Origin: Ginglymostoma cirratum | Taxonomy: Eukaryota | Reading direction: 5' to 3' | Assembly (NCBI GenBank): GCA_024137785.1 | Contig: JAHRHZ010000098.1 | Location: 16,591,563 to 16,655,562, forward strand | Length of the DNA stretch: 64,000 nt | Shown here: piece after piece, positions 49,796 through 60,361 of the stretch | How positions within the stretch are numbered: position 1 is the stretch's first letter | Layout of the letters: each line of letters opens with the position of its first letter | Translations under genes and position numbers: made by a program | The notes under the pieces: model-generated | The model's database searches: none | Told to the model about the DNA's origin: nothing | The model's input: the letters and a program-made list of their open reading frames with translations, nothing else

Positions 49796-50278
49796 TGTGG
49801 CTCAGTTGGTAGCACTGTGACCTTTGAGCCTGAAGTCATGGATTCAAGCCCCATTCTAGAGGTGTAAGCATAAATTCTAGGCTGACACAGTACTGCTGTA
49901 CTGAGGGAATGCTGCAGTGTCAGAGGTGTTGGATGAGACATGAATCCAAAGCCTTGACTACTCATTCAGGAGGTGGTATGAGATCCAATGGCACTACTTT
50001 GAAGGAAGGGAGTTTGTGCCAGTACCCTGGCCAATATATTTCCTTCACTCAATAATGCTGAAGCAGATTATCTGGCCATTGTCATAATACTGTTTGATGG
50101 GGTTGGTGGGAGTTTCCTGTACCTAAATAAGCTGCCGGGTTTCCAACAATATAACTTTGAAACTGCTACTATGGCTATAGGGGTAATAGGAACTGCAGAT
50201 GCTGGAGAATCTGAGATAAACCACTTTGAAACATTTTGAGATGTTGAAAGGCACTATATAAACCCAAGCCCTTTTACT
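49796..50278 (+). mobile_element. Deu-domain SINE (SacSINE1-like), near full length
   Basis: tggctcagttggtagcac (A box), ggattcaagccc (B box), Deu domain ggatgagac...agatccaatggcactactttgaag...cctggccaatat, and tail gaaaggcactatataaa. Confidence 0.8.
50181..50219 (-). mobile_element. 39-bp terminal fragment of PLE family A inside a DeuSINE tail
   Basis: gtaataggaactgcagatgctggagaatctgagataa matches the family-A terminus (compare 21477-21517). Confidence 0.75.
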
Positions 50279-50821
50279 TTAAACATACCTGTGAATGAGC
50301 ACTATCAATTTGACATCAAGTCACCAACCCTCCAGACAAACATATTTATTTAAAAAAAAGTAACAACTGACTTCAAGAACAGGCAATTGATGTCTGTCAG
50401 GATTGATTGCCTTGGCCTAAGTAAGGTTTAGGCTGCTTCTAAGTATCTCAGTTAGATCTGTACTGCTGTGTTGCTTTGTATTCTTAAAGCAGAAAGCCCT
50501 GAGATAGGCCAGAGATGTCCTGTTCTGTGTAGCAAATATGGAGAAGCCTTGAAATAACTGCTGCTAGCACATAACAATCCAGAACGAATGGAACACATTC
50601 ATAGCAGAACAAGATTTGACTGTACTTTCAGATCTGATTGATATCTAGATTTCATCTTCGATTCTGCCTTTCCCCAGACTGGGATATTGGGCCTTGTTGT
50701 AGCTGGTGCACTTTTTTCAACTTGATGGATTCTGACAAGCCTCAATCACAAGCACAGATATTCTGAGAGGATCCAGTTAAAATTGTGAATTTTTAATCTG
50801 AAGGAACTTTTATACAGTTCT

Positions 50822-51160
50822 CATAGAGTCATAGAATTGGTCCAATGCCGTCCATGCCGACCAGATAACCTAAATTAATCCAGTCTCATTTGCTAGCATT
50901 TGGCCCATATCCCTTTAAACACTTCCTATTCATATACCCATCTAGATGTCTTTTAAATGTTGTAATTGTACCTCCACCACTTCCTCTGGCAGCTCATTCC
51001 ACTCATGCACCACCCTCTGCATGAAAAAGTTGCCCCTTAGGTCCCTTTTATATCTATCCCCTCTGACCTTAAACCCATGCCCACTAATTTTGGACTCCCT
51101 TACCATGGGGTACTATTCATCCTATCCAAGCCCGTCATGATTTTATGAACCTCTATAAGG
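50822..51160 (-). mobile_element. CR1/HER1-type LINE 3' end
   Basis: catagagtcataga tail. Minus strand GH.FKVRG.RYKRDLRGNFFMQRVVHEWNELPEEVVE. Confidence 0.9.
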
Positions 51161-53037
51161 TGTTAAAAATGCTTCTTAATACTTTTTCACTAATCCAAAG
51201 ATGTTTTGTTCAACATTGTTGTTTCTATGGGGAAAGAATTGCTACATACAGTGAGAAGGCTCTTTGTTGATTGTTTTTGCCATCCATAAAAGCAGGGAAG
51301 GATGAAAAACGATGCAGTAGTGATCTGCTTACAACATTAGGATGTTCGTGCACTGTTTCACATCTAATTGAATCATGAACATAAAAATAAATGTGCTCCT
51401 CTCTTATTCTGTTGCTCTCACTTGCTCTGTCCCTCACTCTTCCTCCAAAGCTTTGTGTCTTATCTGATCCCTCTCTTGTTCTCATTTGCTCTGATTTTTT
51501 TCTCTTGCGCTCATACTTGAAGTAGAGTCAAATATGTTTCCAATAAATTGACAAAAAATTGTTTGTATCAAAACTGAGTTATTCTGAAGAGTAATCTAAG
51601 TAGATTTTTAATCAAACTGAACTGCATAACTCAAAGGTTTGAGCCTTGGGATATCTATAAAAAAAGCAGCTGGAAGTTGTGTAGAAATGTTACATCTTTG
51701 CAGGAGAGTTGTTCACTGAAAATGACATAGGACCAGTAGTCAGCGCTGACAGTCTTGATTTCACAATGCTTTACCTGGTGTGTGAATGTTTGATGCTGGC
51801 ACAGGTTGAGGATAGTGAAAGCTCTTTTTGTTCCTATCTTGATGAGCAGAGAAATTCACATCATCACCAAAATAAAATAATAATGGGGCTTCCAAATTAC
51901 TCCACAAAGCTAATAATATGGTAGAAATCAAACAGTAGTTGTTTGAAAGCCTATTAAAACTCAGAGTAAATGCAACTCTTTCTAAAGCATGAAGCATTTT
52001 GACCAATTAGGAGCTGCAGGGGCCTGTTCTCTTCATCCCATTAAACACTCAGTGGCAGCTGCAGTCATTATGATTCTCAGGAAACTGAAGTTGAAAATAC
52101 ATAGGTCTCCAAGTATTAGTGGTAAAAAGGTATGTTGAGAAGATCTGACTCTGAACAATTTGAATAGTATAAGCACTGTAGGCCTGGAGAGGGGCACACT
52201 TTCATTAACTCCTGTAGTATTTTCTTTGAAGTGTCTGTCTCATTCTGTCCTTACATATAACTTACTTTGTAATAAACTAATGCTTGTTCATCCATTGGTG
52301 AACAGTGGGACCGCAGTAAGACAGTAGCAATGGATTTTGCTCCAGGCGGATATATTTTCCATAGGCACACACCGTGGACTTTGTTCCCACGGGAAGATAT
52401 TTGAATTAAAATCTTGTTCTACCTACACTTCACTGTGCAGAGTGAATCCAGCTGTGCAGAGTGCCAGCTGTAGATCAGTCGATAGCACAGGCCTTCAAGT
52501 CAGAAAGTTGTCTTTTCAAGTCCAGCTCCAGGGGCTAAGATGTTCACTTGGGAGACTGAAGGCTCACTGCATCCTGATAGCTTCAAGGAGCAAGGATATC
52601 TACCAAGGGGAGCTGTGGGGGAACTGTGGTGTCCCACAAGCCTCCAGTTAACTGATTGTCATGTTCATTAGGGAACGTTTGAATAGCACCTTTTAATTCT
52701 CAATCCAGAAACGCAGTGAGCATGAGCTTGCAGGGTCTCAGGTTTCAGTAGTCAAGCACACAATGAGGAGTCCTGAGAGCAAATGGCTGCATTGGCCAAT
52801 GTAATTTGGAAATGGAGATATCACCTTCACTCAGCAATCAGGATTATTGTCTCTGCTGACTGCTTTGTATTTGTGAACAGCAAGGAGATAGAGACATGAG
52901 GGGAATGTGAGGCTGTAGGCGTTCCTTTGTTAGCAGAGATTGATAGAGCAAACCTTCATCAATGACCATCTAGCAGCTGAGGGACTTCAGCTGGGAGTAG
53001 GTAATGGGTAGAATAGATAGGAGGAACCTTTCAGATA

Positions 53038-53226
53038 CAGGTAGTTCTGCTACAATGCAATAATTGTGTTCTTGCGTGACCTCGCTCTACAGAAAATCGC
53101 CATCAAAAATCACATTACAGGGAAATCGCTGTAGGAAATTGCTATACCTATACAGCATTCACTATTCATTATTCGTGTTACAACCAATTTGTGTTAACAA
53201 AACACGCATTATAGCAGAACTGCCTG
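53038..53226. mobile_element. Tigger/pogo-type MITE (189 bp)
   Basis: TIRs caggtagttctgctacaatgc / gcattatagcagaactgcctg (19/21) with TA on both sides. The TIR core gttctgcta is shared with 38574-39891. Confidence 0.9.
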
Positions 53227-53399
53227 TATATCCTTGTTGAGGGGAGCACAGCAGAGAGCTGCAAGAGGAGGAAGGCACCAGATAAGGCATCAGGAAGGCC
53301 ATTGAGAGTCAGCTACTCGCAAAAACAATGTTATAGGAGGTTGTACCTCTCAAAGCTCAGCTGCTGTTGAACAATTATACTTGTTTATAATTATTTGAG

Positions 53400-54080
53400 G
53401 CATCACAGCCCCCTGTAGTGGCTCTCTGTGTGCAGCCAAAATATTTTCGTTTATCCAAAGATCAACTGAAGATGAGGGTAGTGTCTCACGGTTAGTAGCT
53501 CATAATGCCATCAGGCAGGTCACCAATGTCTTCTGCCAGAGGATGGGGTATGTTTCCAATCTGAAACAAATCAGCCAACTCAGGCACCAGGGATTTTCCA
53601 CCCCTGATAGATATTCTCAGGTCCAGGAGCTATCACTTGTTCTTATGCAACCATCAAAGTACTAACAGATCTGCCAGATAGATTGCTACCTGTCACTGAA
53701 TGTCCAGCTGCTCTATGACCATAAGAAGAGCATGTTGTAAGTCAGTGCCCTGTTTCTAGACAGATGTTGTGATTCCTTCCAGTTCTTGCACCGTCTCATC
53801 AGCATCCAGACTTTCTAGATAACTGCTGGGGAAATTCTCTGAGAAAGGTGATTCCTGACCACATCTGGTACCCAGCCATGGTGGCAGAGAGATGTTGCAA
53901 CCAAGCTCATCTACTCTGCCATGTCCCTGCGTTGAACAGACCTGTAGAATCTTGAGGATGTGTCTCTATGACCTTGACTGGTTGGGTAGCACCAACCTAG
54001 AATGGAAAAGCAGGAGTGCCTAGTGTTGTGATCATCTGCTTAGTCCTGCACTACATGATGCTACAAAAACAATTGGAGCT
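53400..54080 (+). mobile_element. PIF/Harbinger transposase relic (HARBI1-like DDE)
   Basis: AHNAIRQVTNVF, SLNVQLLYDHKKSML*VSALFLDRCCDSF, VEQTCRILRMCLYDLDWLG and VVIICLVLHY follow the Harbinger motif order HSLNVQ.VCD, A.FPGS.HDS, IE...GLLK.RFRCLD, CC.LHN. Confidence 0.75.
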
Positions 54081-55255
54081 GGATGCAGGGGAGGACCTGA
54101 ACTCTTCCTTAGAGTCAGACTGAAAAGAGGATAGATAGGGTGTTCCAGATGATTCCAGCCTTGAAGCATTAAGATCTTTCCAGCTCTGTCATAAATTGGC
54201 AATTATTATTCCTAACCTATAGTCTAACCTTGCTTTTCAAGCATTCCAAAGGACAGGGGCAATAATTTGCTGTGAAATAATGACGAGGCTAATGCTTTTA
54301 ATGAATTGGTCAATGACGACAGCTGAGCACAAATGTGCAGTCAAATATTAAAGCTACTGCCCTTATTAAAACTGAGCTAAAATGGCATCTCGCCATCTGG
54401 TTCCCTGTTTATATGTAGCTACTTCCAGTTCAGTCTAAATAACCTTTTAATGGTGTTATAACTTTTCATTTTACTAATAAAAAACCTCTCTGGTACTGAA
54501 AATTAATTTTTACCTATGTTGAATCCCATTCCTTTGCCTCTTAATTGTTGTTGGTAAATTTAAAAGGATCTAAATTATCTTGATATTTCTACAACATTTT
54601 TTCTATTTTTTTTAATCTCTTCTGCAGACCCCATTCTAATCATCAATTATTCTTCAATCGGATTTTTTAAGGAGGCACATGGTTGTTTGGCCTATTCATA
54701 AATCCCAGATGCCTCATGAAGAGTACTGTGCTGTTTCAATCTCCCACTTGCAACAACTTACTGCACAAAAACCTGTAGAAGTGAAACATATGAAGACAAA
54801 TTTAACAAATGGTGCAGTTCATTGGCTGGTTTCCATAAATTCTGGCTAAATATGTTCATACCATGGATATAATTATAGTTGATCAAGAGGGAGTTTGGAG
54901 CATTTAGTTTCAAATATGACAAAGTAACTAGTTAAAAAGAGTTGCACAAAAAAAGACATAAGTACAATATTTAAATACTGTGGCCAATATATTTCCTTAA
55001 AATTGACATAGGTGTCTCGCAATTGCCTATTATTCACAGATCAGTAACAATGCTTTTATTAGTTATTATTAATCTGGGTGATAATAATTAATAGCGGAAA
55101 TACTGGGATCATTATTTGTTGCTTCTCAGTTAAACTATGTACATATATCAAATTTATTTTCATTGTGAAATACAGCTCATTCATGCTGACATGCAAAGAT
55201 CCAAATAACTTTATTCTTCAGTTGAAGCAAATGGGCAAAAGTCCAAGACACATTT

Positions 55256-55464
55256 GTGTGCAGCTGGATGAACACAGCAGGCCAGGCAGCATCAGAGGAG
55301 CAGGAAAGCTGACGTTTCGGGTCTGCACCCTTCCTCATTTTCTGAAGAAGGGTCCAGACCCGAAACATCGGCTTTCCTGCTCCTCTGATGCTGCCTGGCC
55401 TGCTGTGTTCATCCAGCTCTACACTTTGTTATCTCAGACTCCAGCATCGGCAGTTCCTACTATC
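55256..55464. mobile_element. Fold-back PLE pLTR-derived mini-element, family A, with back-to-back hammerhead cores and a 14-bp TSD
   Basis: Inverted arms of about 75 bp around 55337-55342. TSD tccaagacacattt (55242-55255) / tccaagacatattt (55465-55478). Confidence 0.9.
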
Positions 55465-56059
55465 TCCAAGACATATTTATGTATTGTTACTTCTTCCAAT
55501 ACACGTGACAGTCCCCTTGAGTTAGTGTTATAAATTACAATGTTTATTAAACATTAGTCACTAAAGGTTTCCTGGACATTAGTTGACATTTCTGCACATG
55601 CTACAATAATGCATTGAGTCTGTACGGCATCTTCAAATTTGTGAAACAATGTTTGCTTGATATTCATAGCTGAAATGCTAAACACCTGCTAAGAACTATA
55701 GATTCAAGTTATTAAGATAGCAGTTCACTATCTCCTATATGAGAGATGTGATTCGAAGCAAAGAAAATGAAGGAAGTAATACAGAATGGACTTATTACCC
55801 ACAATTATTTTGAAACAATTTACTGTCCAGTTTGATTCCTATTTACCAGTTTATTCACTCCCATTTGTTAAATAATGGAAGTGTTGAGCCTAATTTGTAT
55901 AGGAGGGAATGTCAAGCTTTTTTGAAGATAGTCCAAAGTATTGGTAATAACATTTAATAGGCACCAGGCACCTTTTGTATAGGTAATTTCCTTTCAATCC
56001 AAGCTAACATTCTTTCTTTGATTTTTGCAAGGTATTTTATCACCCAAGATTGAACAAAA

Positions 56060-56162
56060 GAGAATTCACATTTGTATAGTGCCTTTCATGACCTTGGGAT
56101 GTCTCAAAGTGCTTTATAGGCAATTAAGTAGTTCTGAAGCCTAGTCCTCGTTGTAATATAGG
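56060..56162 (-). mobile_element. Deu-domain SINE 3' tail
   Basis: catttgtatagtgcctttcatgaccttgggatgtctcaaagtgcttta..ggcaat.aagta. Confidence 0.65.
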
Positions 56163-56789
56163 TAATAAATATATTTGCTTTGGTTTACATCCAAAAGTCA
56201 TATATAGATGCTGCGGTGAACTTAATATTTTTAATATCTGCAGCAGTTTGCCTTAAGTCAGTTGTAGAGATTAAATGTTGTTAGATTAAAGGAATACCTT
56301 TAAACTGTACACTGAAAATAAAGGGAAACATTGATACCTTGTGAATTTCTGAGATCCACCCTGGCACCGATAGGGCCTGCAGGGTGAAGCCTACTGCACA
56401 CTGTGGTGCCATTCAGTCCGCTTTGTCATGGATGTGTCCGTTATGCAATGTGACAAGCTCCGTCTTCAGGCTAATGTGCAATGACTGAGCTTGCACCCCT
56501 CGTTCAGTTATATTCTCGGTAACCTTAATTACCATTGGTCATCTGGTGAGGACACAAGAGGCAAAGTGTCAGCTGGCCTAAAACATGATCAGTTAGTGTG
56601 GCTGAAGACTGATGAGACCAGTGGGAATGGCAGGAATTTACAGACAAGAATTTATAAGGTATTATTTCAATTAACTGATATGCGTTTTTGACAAGCTAGC
56701 TGTTATTTAATAGCTTCCTTCAAGGCAACTGCCTGAGGTTGTGCTGTTAGCATTGACAATATGCAAAAGAGGACTCTTACATTGTTTTT

Positions 56790-56880
56790 AAAAAAAAAAC
56801 TTGGCGTGTTATGACACACTTCTGGAGCAGATGGAACTTGAACCTAGGCCTCCTGGCACTACCACTGTGCTGCAAGAGGT
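56790..56880 (-). mobile_element. Short tRNA-derived SINE (family of 12372/12615)
   Basis: Minus strand gcagcacagtggtagtgcc...ctaggttcaagttccatctgctccagaagtgtgtcataac. Confidence 0.65.
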
Positions 56881-56894
56881 CACTTGCTAAAGTA

Positions 56895-57290
56895 AAGACA
56901 TTGGAGGAGTTGGAGTCATTTGGGTTTAGAAGAATGAGAGAGGAACTTACTGAAACAAATAAGTTTCTCACGAGGCTTGGCAGCTCAGATGCAGAGAGAC
57001 TGTTTTTGCTTATTGAATATAGGATCAGAGGGCATAATCTAAGGATAAGGGGTCACCCATTCAACATAGACAAGGAGGAATTTCTTCTGTCAGAGTAGTG
57101 AATCTGTGGAATTATTTACCACAGAGTGCTGTTGAGACTGAGTTCTTAAGTGTATTCAAGGCTGAGAAAAATACAGAGACTTTTCCACAGTGAGGGGAAC
57201 AAAGATTATGGGGATAAAACTGGAGAATGGAATTGAGGATTATCAGCATAGCCATGCTGAATGGTGGACAGAATGGCCTACTTCTGCTCT
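56895..57290 (+). mobile_element. CR1 LINE 3' end
   Basis: LEELESFGFRRMREELTETNKFLTRL...DAERLF...RIRGHNLRIRGHPF, VVNLWNYLPQ, and tail cagaatggcctacttctgctc. Confidence 0.9.
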
Positions 57291-58918
57291 TTATTGCACT
57301 ATAGTCACATTTTTAAAAATGCTCATGCATGTAGAGTAATTCTTACTATCAGCTGGCCATTCTGATTTTTGATAAAATGACATGTTTTTAATGAATTAAA
57401 ATTGCCTCCATGCTGAAGCTCCTTGTGTAAAGCATTTTCTTTGAAAATATGAAGAGTTTGTTCAGTGGATTTCAGGTCAGTGTTTTCTTTAAATCTCAGG
57501 TTTAAGCATCTACATTTGTTAAAGAAATTTCAAATAAAATTACTGTTGATTTTTGTAATATTAGCCTGAAGTTTGAATGTTTGAGCTTGGGGTCAAACCT
57601 GTTTCCTATTCCCTGCCAGTGAACATCAAGGAGTGTTTGGCTTTGGTTATGCAAATGATTTGAATAAATATAGTTTGATATTGTCACTACCCGAGGACAT
57701 AATTATTTAATTTTAGAAAAGTTTTGAAATATTCAATTTTAAATCATAATGTCTTTGTCCAAAGACTTAAATACACAGAACAGTAACATATGAGTAGGCC
57801 CAACTTCTGGTCTGGCCCCTGAAGAGGAATAGTGGTGGAATTCTTCCTCTGAGACAAATTAAGTTAATGGAGGCATCGCTATCTCAGGATCTAGAGCGTT
57901 TGTGAACATTAAAATGATAGGACCTCATCCATAATTCACGGCTTGAGCATACCAGTTAAAAAACATGTCAGCAACACATCACATGACAGAAAGTATATAT
58001 TTGCACATGCTAGTAAGAAATAAATTAGTTGTATTTTTTCTATAAATGAAAACCATTGAATTTATTGCCACATTTTCTTTCAAAATTCATGGGAAATACA
58101 CGTCAAGTTTTTGACTAACAGTGTTTGTTAACCCTGCAGGCAGTGCTTACGTTGACTTGTGGTGTAATGTACAAATAGTCAGCTCTCATTTTGCTATAAT
58201 GGGAATTTTCCATTTTTATATAAATCAGGGGACTGTCGCTTCATTGCAGTCTCGTAAGGCTTTTGAGAGTTAAAAGATAAAAGCCCTCTCATATTAATCT
58301 GTCTGAACAATACCTATTCATTTTAATTGGTGAAAGGTCCTTCTTGGTGGTCAGGTATCCCAATAATTCCTACAAACAGTGAAACTCAGTGTAAACTCCA
58401 GATGTCCTGTCCCCACTTCCTCAATTTCCCAAATCTAGTTCTGTTATGGACACTTTTTTTTTGAGTTTTAAAACCTTCATCATCAAACTCAACTGTAGCA
58501 GCTCTTCAGCACCCAAACTGTAAGAATTGACTTTGATAAATCCTACTGAAGTAGTGGATTTTGTTTGATCTAATTCTACTACGTTTGAAGGGTGGGAGTT
58601 ACAATTTCCATTACACCAATGGAAAGCTGAAGAAATGGCAGAAAGTGTCGCTTATGCTGTTACTTGGGATGTTTGCCAAGTTTATAGTGGAAAACTGGAA
58701 AAACCCCTTTGGAGATTTCATTTGATCATGCTTGGAGTTTGACAAGAGCCAATGTAAACAATTGAGTAACATTCCATCCAGATCCACGCAAAGCACAAAA
58801 CTTTCTCGAAGTTGGCTCCATCAGTTTTGTGGCTCAAGCAGGACATGGAGGGGTCGTCTGTAAAGTGTAGCTGACAAGCATTCAGAGAGCCAAATAACAC
58901 CTCAGTAGCAGCTACTGT

Positions 58919-59464
58919 TGAAATAATTCCACAGAGCCAATATCCCATCACCAACTTGCCCTTTATTTACACGTGCATAATGCTTGAATTGGTCCGGCTT
59001 CCTTGGAGCCAGCTTTCAGAGTGAATTGGATGTCTGAAGCTCCTTTTTTTTATTATTAGGAACTTTCCCCACAGTACACTGTCTGTGGCCAGCCAGCTCG
59101 GAGTCAGTCCCCTGAACTGAGGAGATGCTAAATCCTCTGTTTGTATATTTTTTTTGTTACCCCTGCACTACTGTAACACAGCAGTCATGCTTATTTTTCC
59201 CACAGCACCTGTGTTGTGTGTGTGTGTAAGCGCAGGGACTCAGTGGAAGACGCCATTGTTCAAATAGTTTTATTCAATGTTTCCAGCACCAGGAAAAACA
59301 CCCATGTGGCCACAAAACTAGTAGAAAGCCAAGCCTGACAGGGGCAATGCCTATGTGAGACACTCCTGTTCATATCTGTCAGCCAGGGCTCCCTGATTGG
59401 GACTATTAATCTGGTCCAATCAGGAAACTAGGTCCACCCGACTGATCTTGTTACAATCGCTACA
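58919..59464 (-). mobile_element. Probable solo LTR (TG...CA) with an internal insertion at about 59045-59358
   Basis: The minus strand starts tgtagcgattgtaacaag, has a CCAAT box (ccaatcagggagccc), TATA-like gatatgaacagg and polyA signal aataaa, and ends ttatttca. Flanks actgt / gctgt (4/5) fit a 5-bp TSD. Confidence 0.6.
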
Positions 59465-60243
59465 GCTGTGTTTGTTTCAGACCAGATTACCTCTCCACTA
59501 TTATTTAAAAGCTGGATAACTGGTTGTTAAAAATGTCTATCTACCTCATTTTGAAATACACCTGAAAAGGGGAGCACGATTGAAATGCATTGAAGTGTCG
59601 TGATCTGATTTTGAACAAAAATCCGTCGCTTTTTAAAAGTAAAGAAAAGGGAGGTTTGTGACGTTAACTAAGATCTGGCAGAACATATAATTGACAGATT
59701 GGTGGGAAGATGGCCCCTTGCCTCTGCCATGGTGTCAGGAATTGTGTGTTGGTAGTTGGTGTGTTGTTTGATGGTGATACATGAGGCATGCATCCGCGAA
59801 AAGCATTTTGAGGCACCAACTGTAATGCTCAATCTGAGCCGTTATGAAGTTGGCTGGTAATTTTGTTGGGCTATAGTGCAAAAGCAAGCATTTTAAATTG
59901 GCCAACTCTGACACCTCTCTCTCAATTAAAATTTCCATTCCCTCAATGAAGATCAGGAGAGATTTATAAAAAGCAACTGATCCAATATCAAAAGTATTTT
60001 GCGTCACTGGGCTGACACATTGGCAATCAAGGCCCACTCTTCTCCAAGTTGTGACAAGAGTTAAAGTTTTGAAAAGTACGGAGAATTCTCCTAATTTTAC
60101 CAGTCTTTTAGTCCCAGATTGACAGGAAGCATGGATGAGACTTCTGTACTTAGCAAACAAATAAATTCGAACTATAGATAAACAGTTATGAACCTTCGAC
60201 AGATAACTATTGTTAAAATTCTAAATTGCTTATAAACTCCACC

Positions 60244-60361
60244 CGCATGCGCGTGCACACACGAATGTTCATTTACACACATACAAACCCATATATATAC
60301 ACACACATGTGCACACACAGGCACATGCGCGTGCTTGCACACACAGACATGCGCGCACACA
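60244..60361. repeat. Imperfect alternating purine-pyrimidine tract (CA/CG/TA)
   Basis: cgcatgcgcgtgcacacacg...acacacatgtgcacacac...catgcgcgcacac. Confidence 0.85.

Noticed and set aside
55078-55533. 151-aa ORF, the longest ungapped one in the track
   Set aside because: It runs through the palindromic repeat insertion and shows no coding signature.
56608-56640. CTGATGAG as another hammerhead core
   Set aside because: No stem II followed by GAAA downstream.
59158-59210. Weak resemblance of the minus strand to the U1 snRNA 3' end
   Set aside because: No Sm site or upstream U1 sequence. It is better explained as a retro-element 3' stem-loop before a poly(A) tail.
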